A DNA stretch of 64,000 nucleotides from Armatimonadota bacterium (lineage in GTDB: Bacteria > Armatimonadota > SYMT01), in the NCBI GenBank assembly GCA_041690135.1, contig JAWLHY010000001.1:1408001-1472000 (forward strand), given 5' to 3'. The first letter of the stretch is position 1; each line of letters starts with the position of its first letter. The notes beneath the pieces are model-generated. The model was not told the origin of the DNA, did no database searches, and worked only from the letters and a program-made list of their open reading frames with translations. The position numbers and the translations under genes were made by a program. This document shows positions 28,730 through 37,876 of the stretch, in pieces.

Positions 28730-29848
28730 ATGTTGTACATTCGCAATCGCCGCTGGTTGAGTGTGGGGTTGGTGCTTTGTCTCGCACTGGTAGCAGCCAA
28801 CCGGGCGGAGGCTTTCCTGCGCGGCCGAGCCGCCCGGGAGAGCCGGGCGCGGGCGATCGGTCGCAGCGTGCGCCTGGAAACAAACTCGCAGGGACATAAC
28901 TCCATCGGCATCGATGAAGCGGCCCTGGCACAGGCGGAAGCGGAGCGTTTTCTCTATTTCGGCACCCTGGCGCAGTGGGAGTACTCCCGGGAATTACCCA
29001 TTGAGTGCCCGCCCGCGGTGAAGCAGCTCAGCGGCCGGCGGTTCACCAGCGTCGGGTTCATGTATCCGCTGGAAGCCGGGGAGAAGATCCGCACCTTCTG
29101 CCTGCTCCGCAGTACGCAAACCTGCTGCTACGGGCCCCGGCCCCAGTACAACCAGTACCTGCTCGTGGAGACCCCCACTCCCGTCTCCTTCGAGCGGTTC
29201 GCCCCGGTGGCCGTTTCCGGCAAGCTCGTGGTGGAGGCAAACCCGGACGAGGGCTACATTTACCGGATGGAGGCGGACGCAGTCTGGAGCGCGGAAGGCG
29301 AGATCCCGGAAGTCGATCCCGTTTCGGCCGCTGCCCGGGCACGGCTGCCGCTGTTCAATTTCGCACCACTGGAAACAATGGGTGCTTCCGTTGGTAAGAC
29401 TTCGAAGGCTCCCGCGGAACTCCAGGCGCTCGACGGTCGCAAAGTGGTTATTTCCGGCTTCTGCGTGGACCGCACCCCAGGCGGTCAGCCGCAGATCACC
29501 GTGGGAAAGCGGTGGTGGGATGGCGTAAGCCAGGGCGAGCCCCCTACCATCCACAATGCGGTCATTGTAGAGCCGGCGGATGCGGACCAAGTCCCCCCCG
29601 TCTGGCAGCCGGAGCAGACGTTCACCGGAACCCTGCACATTACCGAGGACCCGGACCGCTGGCGTGATGAGGGCATCCTCCAGATCCGCGAAGCGGTGCT
29701 GGGCGTGCCGGGTGTGACCCCGCCCGCGGGAGCGCGGCGCGGGCGGCCCCGGATACCGTGGCCGGGAGAGGCGTTAGCGCTGTGCCTGGCGGTCCTGCCT
29801 GCGCTCGGAATACACCGTAAGTCCTCGCCGGAAGGGATCCATCCATGA
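28730..29848 (+). CDS. Protein with two DUF3299-like domains, N-terminal signal and C-terminal anchor
   Basis: PPAVKQLSGR....GFMYPL...F.L...TCCYG..P..NQ (domain 1); PAELQALDGRKVVISGF..PP..NAVIV..FTGTL (domain 2). Confidence 0.75.
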   Translation: MLYIRNRRWLSVGLVLCLALVAANRAEAFLRGRAARESRARAIGRSVRLETNSQGHNSIGIDEAALAQAEAERFLYFGTLAQWEYSRELPIECPPAVKQLSGRRFTSVGFMYPLEAGEKIRTFCLLRSTQTCCYGPRPQYNQYLLVETPTPVSFERFAPVAVSGKLVVEANPDEGYIYRMEADAVWSAEGEIPEVDPVSAAARARLPLFNFAPLETMGASVGKTSKAPAELQALDGRKVVISGFCVDRTPGGQPQITVGKRWWDGVSQGEPPTIHNAVIVEPADADQVPPVWQPEQTFTGTLHITEDPDRWRDEGILQIREAVLGVPGVTPPAGARRGRPRIPWPGEALALCLAVLPALGIHRKSSPEGIHP

Positions 29849-30855
29849 GCCGACATGTTTCTTTCCCACGCATGCGCCGGGCCCGGGGTCCCCTGAGGAG
29901 CGTCTCTACCCGCCGCGGCCTCGTGCTGCTCCTGGTGGGTGCCACGTCCCTTGCCGGACTTGGCGCAGAAGCGTTTGCCCAGTCAACCTCCGCACCGGTG
30001 GAGATCGCCGCGCGCGTCAACGGCGAGAGCATCACGAGGCAGCAGGTGGATGCGGGCGTGCCCGCCGATGCGTTCTCCCGCCGGGCCGCCGTGATCCGAC
30101 GGAACCGTCTCGAGCGCCTGGTGGATCAGGCCCTGGTCCGCCAGTTCCTCCAGTCGCAGAAGATCGCGGTGTCGGCCAAAGCCGTGGATGTCGGGGTGGC
30201 CGCCCTGCGGAAACTGCCGCCCGCGCAGCAGTGCCCCTGCTGCCGTTTTGCCACGCTGGACGAGTACCTGAAAGTGGAATCGATGACCCTGCCGGAACTG
30301 CGGGAGCAGGTCCGCAATGACCTGGGCCTGGAGCGGTACCTCTTCGGACTGTGGGAGAAGGCTTATCCCACCCGGCAGGCCCGGCTGTCCCGTGCCGCTG
30401 CCGAAAGCAGCCGCATCCGCGAGGAGTACGCTCGCGCGTGGCAGATCTTCTTCAACACCCTGCAGGTACCGGACGGGGAGAAAGACCCCACCGTGCTGCT
30501 GGCCCGAGCGCGCGCGAACTCCGCGAAGGCGTGGGACCGCCTTCAACGCGGCGAGCCTTTCGATCAAGTGGCGCGGGAGGTCTCCGAGGACCGGATGAGC
30601 CGCGGCCTGGGCGGCAAGCTCGGCTTCTTCCGCAAGCAGGTGTACGGTGGGGAGTTCGCGGCCCAGTTGGAGAAGATGAAGCCCGGCGAATTGAGCGAGC
30701 CGTTCCGCACCGTGTTCGGTTACCACATCGTGCGGCGGGAAGCGCTCACCGTGGCCGATGAGGTCTCCATTTGCAAGCGCGAGTTCATGGATGGGAAGCG
30801 CGCGGAGTTGATGGAGCGCCTCCGGAAGCAGGCGACCATCGAGCGCCGGCCATGA
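29845..30855 (+). CDS. SurA/PrsA-like parvulin peptidyl-prolyl isomerase
   Basis: [25 protein letters not shown]...[22 protein letters not shown]; CPCC motif. Confidence 0.88.
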   Translation: MSRHVSFPRMRRARGPLRSVSTRRGLVLLLVGATSLAGLGAEAFAQSTSAPVEIAARVNGESITRQQVDAGVPADAFSRRAAVIRRNRLERLVDQALVRQFLQSQKIAVSAKAVDVGVAALRKLPPAQQCPCCRFATLDEYLKVESMTLPELREQVRNDLGLERYLFGLWEKAYPTRQARLSRAAAESSRIREEYARAWQIFFNTLQVPDGEKDPTVLLARARANSAKAWDRLQRGEPFDQVAREVSEDRMSRGLGGKLGFFRKQVYGGEFAAQLEKMKPGELSEPFRTVFGYHIVRREALTVADEVSICKREFMDGKRAELMERLRKQATIERRP

Positions 30856-31454
30856 ACCCACCCATGATGAACCGAGCCGAACCGGAGCCCCTCCCGCGGG
30901 AGTTTTACCTTCAGCCCACCCTGGACGTGGCGTCACAGCTCCTCGGGTGTCTGCTGGTACACGAGTCGCCCGAAGGGATCACGGTGGGGAGAGTCGTGGA
31001 AACGGAAGCCTACCTCGTCGGCGATCCGGCCTGCCACGCCTACCGCGGACAAACGCCGCGCAATGCCGTAATGTTCGGACCTCCGGGCCGGGCCTACATC
31101 TACTTCACCTACGGGATGCACTGGTGCTTCAACGCGGTGACGGCTCCGGAGGGCATGGCCGAAGCGGTCCTGATTCGCGCCGTGGAACCCCTGGAAGGAC
31201 TGGAGTTGATGCGGAGTCGGCGGGGCGAGGTGGCCGACCGGCTCCTCTGCGCGGGACCCGCCCGCCTTTGTAGCGCGTTCGGCCTTTCGGGAGAGCAGAA
31301 CGGTTGGGACCTGGCCAGCCATCGGTTGCGGATCGGGGGAGAGCCGGGTACAGTGAGGGAGTGGGTGCAAACCACCCGCATCGGCATCTCGCAGGGTGCG
31401 GAACTGCCCTGGCGCTTCTATGAGAAGGACAGCCGCTTCATCTCCCGTAAATAA
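30852..31454 (+). CDS. mpg: DNA-3-methyladenine glycosylase (AAG/MPG family)
   Basis: [60 protein letters not shown]. Confidence 0.95.
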   Translation: MNPPMMNRAEPEPLPREFYLQPTLDVASQLLGCLLVHESPEGITVGRVVETEAYLVGDPACHAYRGQTPRNAVMFGPPGRAYIYFTYGMHWCFNAVTAPEGMAEAVLIRAVEPLEGLELMRSRRGEVADRLLCAGPARLCSAFGLSGEQNGWDLASHRLRIGGEPGTVREWVQTTRIGISQGAELPWRFYEKDSRFISRK

Positions 31455-31460
31455 CTTTCC

Positions 31461-32630
31461 ATGAGCGAAGTTGCCCTGCCGTTCGGGGATCGGGTGGGAG
31501 ATTACCACTTGCTGCGGGAGTTGGGCCGCGGCGCCATGGGCGTCGTGTTCGAAGCTCGCGCGCCCGGTGAGGCGATTGTCGCTCTGAAGCTGCTCGTGCC
31601 CCCGCCACTTCTTCCGGACGCGGAACGGGAAGGTCTTCAGCGCCGGTTCACCCGGGAAGCCCGCGCCCTGAGTGCCATCGACCATCCGAACGTGGTGCGC
31701 GTCCACGAGTTCGGTGAGGCCGGCGGCAATTTCTACCTTGCGATGGAGCTGCTGGACGGCGCCAACCTGCGGGAGCTCCTTTCCGGCCGCGGTCCCCTTC
31801 CCCCCGCGGAAGCTGTGTCCATTGCCGTGCAACTGTGTCGGGCTCTCGAGGCGGTTCACCACGCGGGGATCATTCATCGGGATGTTAAGCCGGAGAATGT
31901 AATCGTTCTGCGGGATGGAACGGTGAAGCTCACCGACTTCGGGGTCGCATGGATGGAGAACGAAGCGACGCTCACTCGCACGGGAGGCATCCTGGGATCT
32001 CCGGCCTACATGTCTCCTGAACAGATCCTCGGGCGATCGGTAGACCGGCGCAGCGATGTATTCTCGGTTGCGGCGACGCTATACCAGTTGCTCACCGACC
32101 GTCTTCCGTTCACGGGTTCGGGATTGATGGAGATGGCGCACAACGTCGCCTACGCCGATCCGTCGCCCCTCCCCTCCGACATTCCCCGGGCGATTGTCCG
32201 GGTCGTTGAGCAGGGGCTGCAGAAAACCCCGGCAGCCCGATTTGCTTCCGCCGCGGACCTGGCGGGGGCTCTGGAGCGGGCCCTGGCAGCACCTTCCGGC
32301 AATCGGGTGTCGCCCCCTTCCCCGGTCGCCACCACCCCAACGTTCCTGGCACAAGTTGTTGCACCTGCGCAAACGCCCACGGTTCACGATGCAATCGCCT
32401 GGTGCGCGCGCCACCCCCGGCGCCACGCGCTCGGCTACTGCCAGGCCTGCGGTCGCTCCCTTTGCTCCCTTTGCACCCGCCAGACGCAGGCGCCGCACTT
32501 CTGCGCGCTCCATGCACCGGTAACCGTTTGCGGTATCAACCTGGTGCGCCTGGAGGTGGCGTTGATGGCGGCGTTCTTCCTGCTGCTGCTGCTGGTGCTC
32601 AGTCCGCTGGGGTACGCCTTTTATCGATGA
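31461..32630 (+). CDS. Hanks-type Ser/Thr protein kinase with B-box-like zinc finger and C-terminal TM
   Basis: LGRGAMGVV, VALK, HRDVKPEN, DFG, GSPAYMSPEQ; CARHP....YCQACGRSLCSLC......FCALH. Confidence 0.93.
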   Translation: MSEVALPFGDRVGDYHLLRELGRGAMGVVFEARAPGEAIVALKLLVPPPLLPDAEREGLQRRFTREARALSAIDHPNVVRVHEFGEAGGNFYLAMELLDGANLRELLSGRGPLPPAEAVSIAVQLCRALEAVHHAGIIHRDVKPENVIVLRDGTVKLTDFGVAWMENEATLTRTGGILGSPAYMSPEQILGRSVDRRSDVFSVAATLYQLLTDRLPFTGSGLMEMAHNVAYADPSPLPSDIPRAIVRVVEQGLQKTPAARFASAADLAGALERALAAPSGNRVSPPSPVATTPTFLAQVVAPAQTPTVHDAIAWCARHPRRHALGYCQACGRSLCSLCTRQTQAPHFCALHAPVTVCGINLVRLEVALMAAFFLLLLLVLSPLGYAFYR

Positions 32631-32638
32631 TGGGTGCT

Positions 32639-32762
32639 GGTTGAAGGCTGAAAGTTGGGGGTTGAAGGTTGAAGGTTGAAGGTTGGGGGTTGGGGGTTGA
32701 AGGTTGAAGCCCATGCGAAGGCGAGGGGTTGAAGCCCCCGCGGGGCGAGGGGTTGAAGGTTG
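32639..32762. repeat. Heptamer tandem repeat (GGTTGAA/GGTTGGG)n
   Basis: ggttgaa ggctgaa agttggg ggttgaa ggttgaa ggttgaa ggttggg ggttggg ggttgaa ggttgaa, plus two downstream copies. Confidence 0.9.
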
Positions 32763-32916
32763 GCGACCCTACCGTAGTGCAGTGCGGGAGCGGAGGCGTG
32801 ATCCTGGTCGGGGACAGCGACCGCGACCCTACCGCCACCATTCCGGCTACCGTGTTGCGGTACGAGTGCGGGGATGATCCTGGTCGGTGGGGCGGGCGTC
32901 TCGCCCGCCCCACCGA
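32749..32916. repeat. REP cluster: two minus-strand GTAG REPs and a perfect 15-bp GTGG hairpin
   Basis: Minus GTAGGGTCGCCAACCTTCAACCCC; minus GTAG-GGTCG-..-CGACC (32832-32806); tcggtggggcgggcg-tct-cgcccgccccaccga (32884-32916). Confidence 0.75.
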
Positions 32917-33016
32917 GTTACCACGGGGATGCAATACGGGTGCGGAAGCAAGATCCGGTGCTACCCCCAGCACCCTCGCGCGAATCTGCCACTTGCACCA
33001 GTAGGCTAGTGTCGCC

Positions 33017-34159
33017 CTATAACGCCGCCTGGTAGAGCGAGGCGAGATCCTCTTTCGTTACGGGGCGCGGGTTGCACTGGTGGCAGCCGTCCTGGTAGGC
33101 GAGCTCGGTCATCGGGCCGATCAGCGCGGAGGTCACATTCACCTGGTGCAGGCGGGTGGGTAGCCCGATGCTCTCGAAGAGTCGCTCCAGGGCGGCAGCG
33201 ATCCGCTCCACGGTTTCCCCCGGCACGGTGGACGCCGGAACCCCCAGGGCCTCGGCGGCGCGGTCCGCACGAAGGGCGATGGTGTCGCGGTTGTACCGGA
33301 GCACGTGCGGCAGCATAATGGCGTTGGCGGTGCCGTGATGCACGCCGGCCACGCTGGAGAGCGGGTGCGCCAGGGAGTGGGTGGCGCCCAGGCCTTTCTG
33401 GAAGGCGACGGCTCCCATCATCGCGGCCAGCATCATTTCCGCGCGGGCTTCCAGGTTCAGCCCGTCGTGCACGGCCACGGGCAGCCAGCGCGCCGCTTTC
33501 CGGAGCCCCTCCAACGCGATGGCGTCGCACACCGGGTTGAACCCCTTCGCAAAGTAGGCCTCCAGGTTGTGGGTGAGCGCATCTGCCCCAGTGCCGGCCG
33601 TCATCCTTGCCGGAAGGGCCACGGTCAAACGGGGGTCGCAAAGCGCGATGGTGGGAATCAGGTGGGGACTGAAGAGGACCGTCTTCCGCCCGTCAATCGT
33701 CACCACGGCGCTGCGACCAACCTCACTGCCGGTGCCGGCGGTGGTGGGGATGGCTACCAGCCGCGTCATTTCCGCCCGGATGCGGGCGGTGCCGCCCTGG
33801 AGATCGTCGTAGTCGGCGAGGGGTCCTTGGTGGGAAGCTGCCAGCCGGATCGCCTTCGCGGCGTCGATCACACTCCCACCACCCACGGCGATCAGGAAGT
33901 CGCAATCTTCCCGGAAGCGCCGTACCCCCTCGCGGATGTTCGCTTCCCCGGGATTGGGCTCCACGCCGTCGAACACGCGGAAGTCGAGATCGGTACCGGT
34001 GAGGGCGTCCAGGACCGGCTGGACCGCTCCAGACGCGAGCACCCCGGTATCGGTGACGATCAGGGCCTGTTTACCCCACCCTGCCACCAACTGCGGCAGT
34101 TCGCCCACTCTTCCCGCTCCGAACACCACGCGGGTAGGGATATCCCATTCGCCTCGCAT
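33017..34159 (-). CDS. Iron-containing alcohol dehydrogenase
   Basis: VEPNP, GGGSVIDAAK, IPTTAGTGSEV, DALTHNLE, GATHSLAH, HHGTANA. Confidence 0.95.
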   Translation of the reverse strand: MRGEWDIPTRVVFGAGRVGELPQLVAGWGKQALIVTDTGVLASGAVQPVLDALTGTDLDFRVFDGVEPNPGEANIREGVRRFREDCDFLIAVGGGSVIDAAKAIRLAASHQGPLADYDDLQGGTARIRAEMTRLVAIPTTAGTGSEVGRSAVVTIDGRKTVLFSPHLIPTIALCDPRLTVALPARMTAGTGADALTHNLEAYFAKGFNPVCDAIALEGLRKAARWLPVAVHDGLNLEARAEMMLAAMMGAVAFQKGLGATHSLAHPLSSVAGVHHGTANAIMLPHVLRYNRDTIALRADRAAEALGVPASTVPGETVERIAAALERLFESIGLPTRLHQVNVTSALIGPMTELAYQDGCHQCNPRPVTKEDLASLYQAAL

Positions 34160-34211
34160 CGATCGCCCCCGTTCTACGCGGCCTTCCGGATTTCGGCCGC
34201 TGCTGTTCCAA

Positions 34212-35567
34212 CTATATAATCTCGAAGTACCGCCGGAGCTCCCAATCGGTCACCGCCTGGCGGTACTTGCGGCACTCCCACTCCCGGCTGCCGGCGAAGT
34301 GCCGCACGAACCCGTCTCCGAAGAGTTCCCGCGCGGCCTCGCTGTCGCGGAATGCCGCCGTCGCCTCTTCCAGTGTAGTCGGAAGTCGCGGCGCCTGGCT
34401 CTCATACACGTTACCCGCAACGGGCGCGGGCGGCTCGATTTCCCGTTCGATTCCGTAGAGACCGCTGCCGATGCTCGCCGCCAGGGCCAGGTAAGGGTTG
34501 GCGTCCGCGCCCGGCAGCCGGTACTCCACCCGCGTCGCCTTGCCGCTGGTCCCACGAATCGCCCGGAGCGCCGCCGTCCGGTTCTCTTCGCCCCAGGCCG
34601 CGTGTGTGGGGGCCCAGAACCCGGGGACGATCCGCTTGTACGAGTTGATCGTCGGGCACACCAGCGGCATCAGTTCCCGCATCAACGCGATCTGCCCGCC
34701 GAGGTACTGTCGCATGGTGGACGAGTAACCGTGCGGGTCTTCCGGGTCGTGGAATCGGTTACGGGAGCCTTCCAGGTCCCACAGGCTCTGGTGCAGGTGC
34801 CCGCCGCTGCCCGATTGCTCCTCGCTCCAGCGCGCCATGAACGTCGCCGCGCACTCGTACCGGGAGGCGATCTCCTTTACCGTCAGCTTAAACAGGGCGG
34901 CCTGGTCCGCAGCCTCGAGCGCGTCTTCCACGGCGATGGCCGCTTCGTAGACGCCAGGCCCCGTCTCCGTGTGGAGACCTTCCACATTCACCTGTAAGCC
35001 GGCGCAAGCGTCCATCAAGTCGTGGACCAGCCGCGCGTTCTCGCCGGTCCGCAGCACGCTGTAACCGAAGCTGCCGGGCGAAAGGGTCGCGAGGTTTCGG
35101 AATCCCTTTTCCTGCAGCGACTGCGGCGTTTCGCGGAAGATCCAGAACTCGTACTCCACGGCGGCGCGGGGGCGAAAGCCGTGGGCCTCGGCGCGAGACA
35201 CCACCCGCTTGAGCAGGTTGCGCGGGCAGACCGGCAGCGGCGTTTCCGTGTCGGTCCAGAAATCGCAGAAGAAGGTGGCGGTGCCATGCTCCCACGGCAC
35301 CATCCGCATCGTCTGCAGATCGATCTTCGCCAGGGTGTCGGGGTAGCCCGTGTGCCAGCCGGTGACCGTGGGGAAGTCGTAGCACTCGTCCTGGCTGTCC
35401 CAGCCGAAGATCACGTCGCAAAACCCGAAGCCGTCCTGGGCCGCCGAAGAAAACTTCTCCAGGGAGACGTACTTGCCCCGGAGTACGCCGTCGATGTCGG
35501 CCCCCATCAGTTTGATCTTCCGGATTCCGTGCTGCTCCAGGAAGGTGACGATCTGTTCCAGCTCCAT
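34212..35567 (-). CDS. Glutamine synthetase family protein (gamma-glutamyl-amine ligase, PuuA/GlnA4-like)
   Basis: DIDGVLRGK, EYEF, HTETGPGVYE, SGSGGHLHQSL, NSYKR, WGEENRTAALR, RVEYRLPGADANPY; RBS GAGGAG. Confidence 0.9.
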   Translation of the reverse strand: MELEQIVTFLEQHGIRKIKLMGADIDGVLRGKYVSLEKFSSAAQDGFGFCDVIFGWDSQDECYDFPTVTGWHTGYPDTLAKIDLQTMRMVPWEHGTATFFCDFWTDTETPLPVCPRNLLKRVVSRAEAHGFRPRAAVEYEFWIFRETPQSLQEKGFRNLATLSPGSFGYSVLRTGENARLVHDLMDACAGLQVNVEGLHTETGPGVYEAAIAVEDALEAADQAALFKLTVKEIASRYECAATFMARWSEEQSGSGGHLHQSLWDLEGSRNRFHDPEDPHGYSSTMRQYLGGQIALMRELMPLVCPTINSYKRIVPGFWAPTHAAWGEENRTAALRAIRGTSGKATRVEYRLPGADANPYLALAASIGSGLYGIEREIEPPAPVAGNVYESQAPRLPTTLEEATAAFRDSEAARELFGDGFVRHFAGSREWECRKYRQAVTDWELRRYFEII

Positions 35568-35733
35568 CCGGCTCCTCTTGTCCAATACGCGCACACCCGA
35601 CGACGAAAAGGTTGGCTGGCGGTGTTGCAGATCCCTGCCCCACACGTACTGAGCGAAAGGAATTGCGAGCCGGAGGACGAATTGGAAGAGTATTCAACAT
35701 CCCTTTCGGCGGCAGCGCTTCAGGAGGGCCAGC

Positions 35734-37872
35734 ATGCGCGCATGTAAGCTTCCCTACGGGCAATTGACCTCAGTCTTACTTTGGATCGCGATCGCCGGAG
35801 TGGTCTCCGGTGCCGCGCCGCGGGTCACCGCCGCAGCCAAGAGCGACTTTGCCGGCGAACCCCAGTTCCAGCGGCCACTGACTGTCCGCGTTGCCGGAAT
35901 GCCTCTGGATCAGCTCCTGCCCCGGATCAGTCGTGAGCTTGGCGTCTCCCTCCGACCCGGCACACCGGACGTAGGCGACATTCGCGTGGCGCTCTTTGCC
36001 GAGGAGATTCCCGCCCACCGCAGCCTGGACGCGCTCACGGAGATGCTGAACTTCACCCGGGAGCGCGGGTTCACCTGGGAAAAGACGAAGCGCGGAGAGC
36101 GAACGGAATACCGGTTGTTTCTGGATGCCCGCGCCCGCGCGGAGGGTACCCAGCGAATCCGCAAGCTGCATGAAGAGACGGATGCGCGCTTCCTGAAGCA
36201 ACTGGCGGAGTTGCGCCAGGACCCGGAATTGAAGAAACGCGGGGAGGACGCCACGCCCCTACCGGGATTCGGTCGCGCGCCGTACCTCCTCACCACCCTC
36301 TCCGACGCACAGCTCAACCGGTTGTTGAAGGACGGCGTCTTCGTCCTGCGGTACAGCGAAGCCACCCCGGCCCAGCAGCAGACGCTAGCTAAAATGGGGC
36401 CGGACCTGCTCCAGGGGGTGGACCGGCTTCTGCAGCAGGCTCCCGAGCTCGTCCCGCTCTACAGCAACCTCCATCCGCCGGACTTTACCGTGGTGTTCGA
36501 GCTGGAGCGGAACTCCGCCAACCTCAAGGTGATGGGGGAGCTCAAGTGCGGGCCGGGAAAGGGCGGGGTCCGCTACGAGGTTTTCCCTGCACCACCGGGA
36601 TCCGGGGCTCGATCGGCACGGTCCGGTTCGCCGGGAGTGGGTGGCGCGAAGACCACGCCAGCCGGAAAGCCGGGTGCGGTTCCCCCCGACCAGAACACCC
36701 AGCGGATTGAGCTGCGGCCGCGGAGTTGGTCGATGGCGGATGTACTCAGCGACTATGCCCGCCGCACGCGACAGCTCCTCGCTTCCGACTGCTACTCCAT
36801 GTCGTGGCAGCCACTTCGTGGGTTGGGGCCGGCCACGCCGGAGCAGATCCAGCGGCGCATCGACGCCCTCTGGGGCGTGCAGTGGGAGCGACGAGAGGGC
36901 TTTACCCTGGCCCGGAGCCGCGTCTATTACGCGCGGCAGGCACGGGAGATTCCGCAGCGGCTTATCGATGGGTGGATCTCCACGATGGAAGCCGATCCCC
37001 GCCTCAAGCTGGAAATGCTGGGCCAGATGGCGGCGCTCACGAATCCCCAAATCGAGGCCCTGGAGGAGTGTGCTGAGCTGCAGCAGGCGGCGCCCAGTAT
37101 CCATGCCCTGGCCATGCACCTGCGCGCCCCGCTGCAGTTTTACCAGTTGCTGCCGCAAGCCTTGCGCAACCGGGTGCGCGGTCCTGGGGTTCATGTGTCC
37201 GTCGACGATATGACGCCCGTGATGCGGTACCAGTTCTTCCGGTGGATGCTGAACCGCAATCCCCACATCCCCGAGCGGGATTACGCCAGTGGTTACATGC
37301 GGCTTCAGCACCATCCCGATAGTCGTCTGGAGCTAACGTGGAAGGCCGGGGAAACTACGGGAGCTCAAACGTACTGGCTCGACCTCACTCGAGATTGGGT
37401 CCAGGGTCAACCGCGAGAACTCCGGGCGCCGACCGCCGAGACGCTGGTCGGCAAGACCGCGCCGGAAGCGCTTGTCCAAACGCTTGACGGCCGGTCACAG
37501 CCCCTGTTTCCGGAGAAGGGCGGGAGAACACTGGTCTACTTCCGCGACCCATGGCTGGTGCCGTACGTAGGATCGGAAGCCGATGACGCGGACCTGCGAG
37601 CGCTGGACGCCCTGGTGGCGCGACGGCCCGAGTTGGCCCGACGCATTCAGATGGTCTGCCCCTACGCCACGTCGGAAGAGCTGAAGGCGTGGGCCGCGGA
37701 GCGGAAACTGAAGCTCTCCTGCTTTGCCGATCCGGACGGCGCCGCCGCGCGTGCCTACGGCGCCCAGCGGGAGCCCCGGGCGATCTGGGTGGATGAGGCG
37801 AACCGGGTGACGCGCGTGGTTTCCGGTCACGACAACCTCAGTCGCGTGGATTGGGAAACTGCCTGGAGGTAA
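35734..37872 (+). CDS. Exported hypothetical protein: N-terminal STN/secretin-N-like segments and C-terminal redoxin-like domain lacking CxxC
   Basis: Signal peptide; LTVRVAGMPLDQLL..ISRELGV; VGKTAP..QTLDG..LVYF..W..; ADPDGAAARAYG...PRAIWVD. Confidence 0.7.
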   Translation: MRACKLPYGQLTSVLLWIAIAGVVSGAAPRVTAAAKSDFAGEPQFQRPLTVRVAGMPLDQLLPRISRELGVSLRPGTPDVGDIRVALFAEEIPAHRSLDALTEMLNFTRERGFTWEKTKRGERTEYRLFLDARARAEGTQRIRKLHEETDARFLKQLAELRQDPELKKRGEDATPLPGFGRAPYLLTTLSDAQLNRLLKDGVFVLRYSEATPAQQQTLAKMGPDLLQGVDRLLQQAPELVPLYSNLHPPDFTVVFELERNSANLKVMGELKCGPGKGGVRYEVFPAPPGSGARSARSGSPGVGGAKTTPAGKPGAVPPDQNTQRIELRPRSWSMADVLSDYARRTRQLLASDCYSMSWQPLRGLGPATPEQIQRRIDALWGVQWERREGFTLARSRVYYARQAREIPQRLIDGWISTMEADPRLKLEMLGQMAALTNPQIEALEECAELQQAAPSIHALAMHLRAPLQFYQLLPQALRNRVRGPGVHVSVDDMTPVMRYQFFRWMLNRNPHIPERDYASGYMRLQHHPDSRLELTWKAGETTGAQTYWLDLTRDWVQGQPRELRAPTAETLVGKTAPEALVQTLDGRSQPLFPEKGGRTLVYFRDPWLVPYVGSEADDADLRALDALVARRPELARRIQMVCPYATSEELKAWAAERKLKLSCFADPDGAAARAYGAQREPRAIWVDEANRVTRVVSGHDNLSRVDWETAWR

Positions 37873-37876
37873 CCTC

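Noticed and set aside
32639-32916. Possible CRISPR array
   Set aside because: No constant 25-40-nt repeats with unique spacers and no cas genes; explained by tandem repeats and REPs
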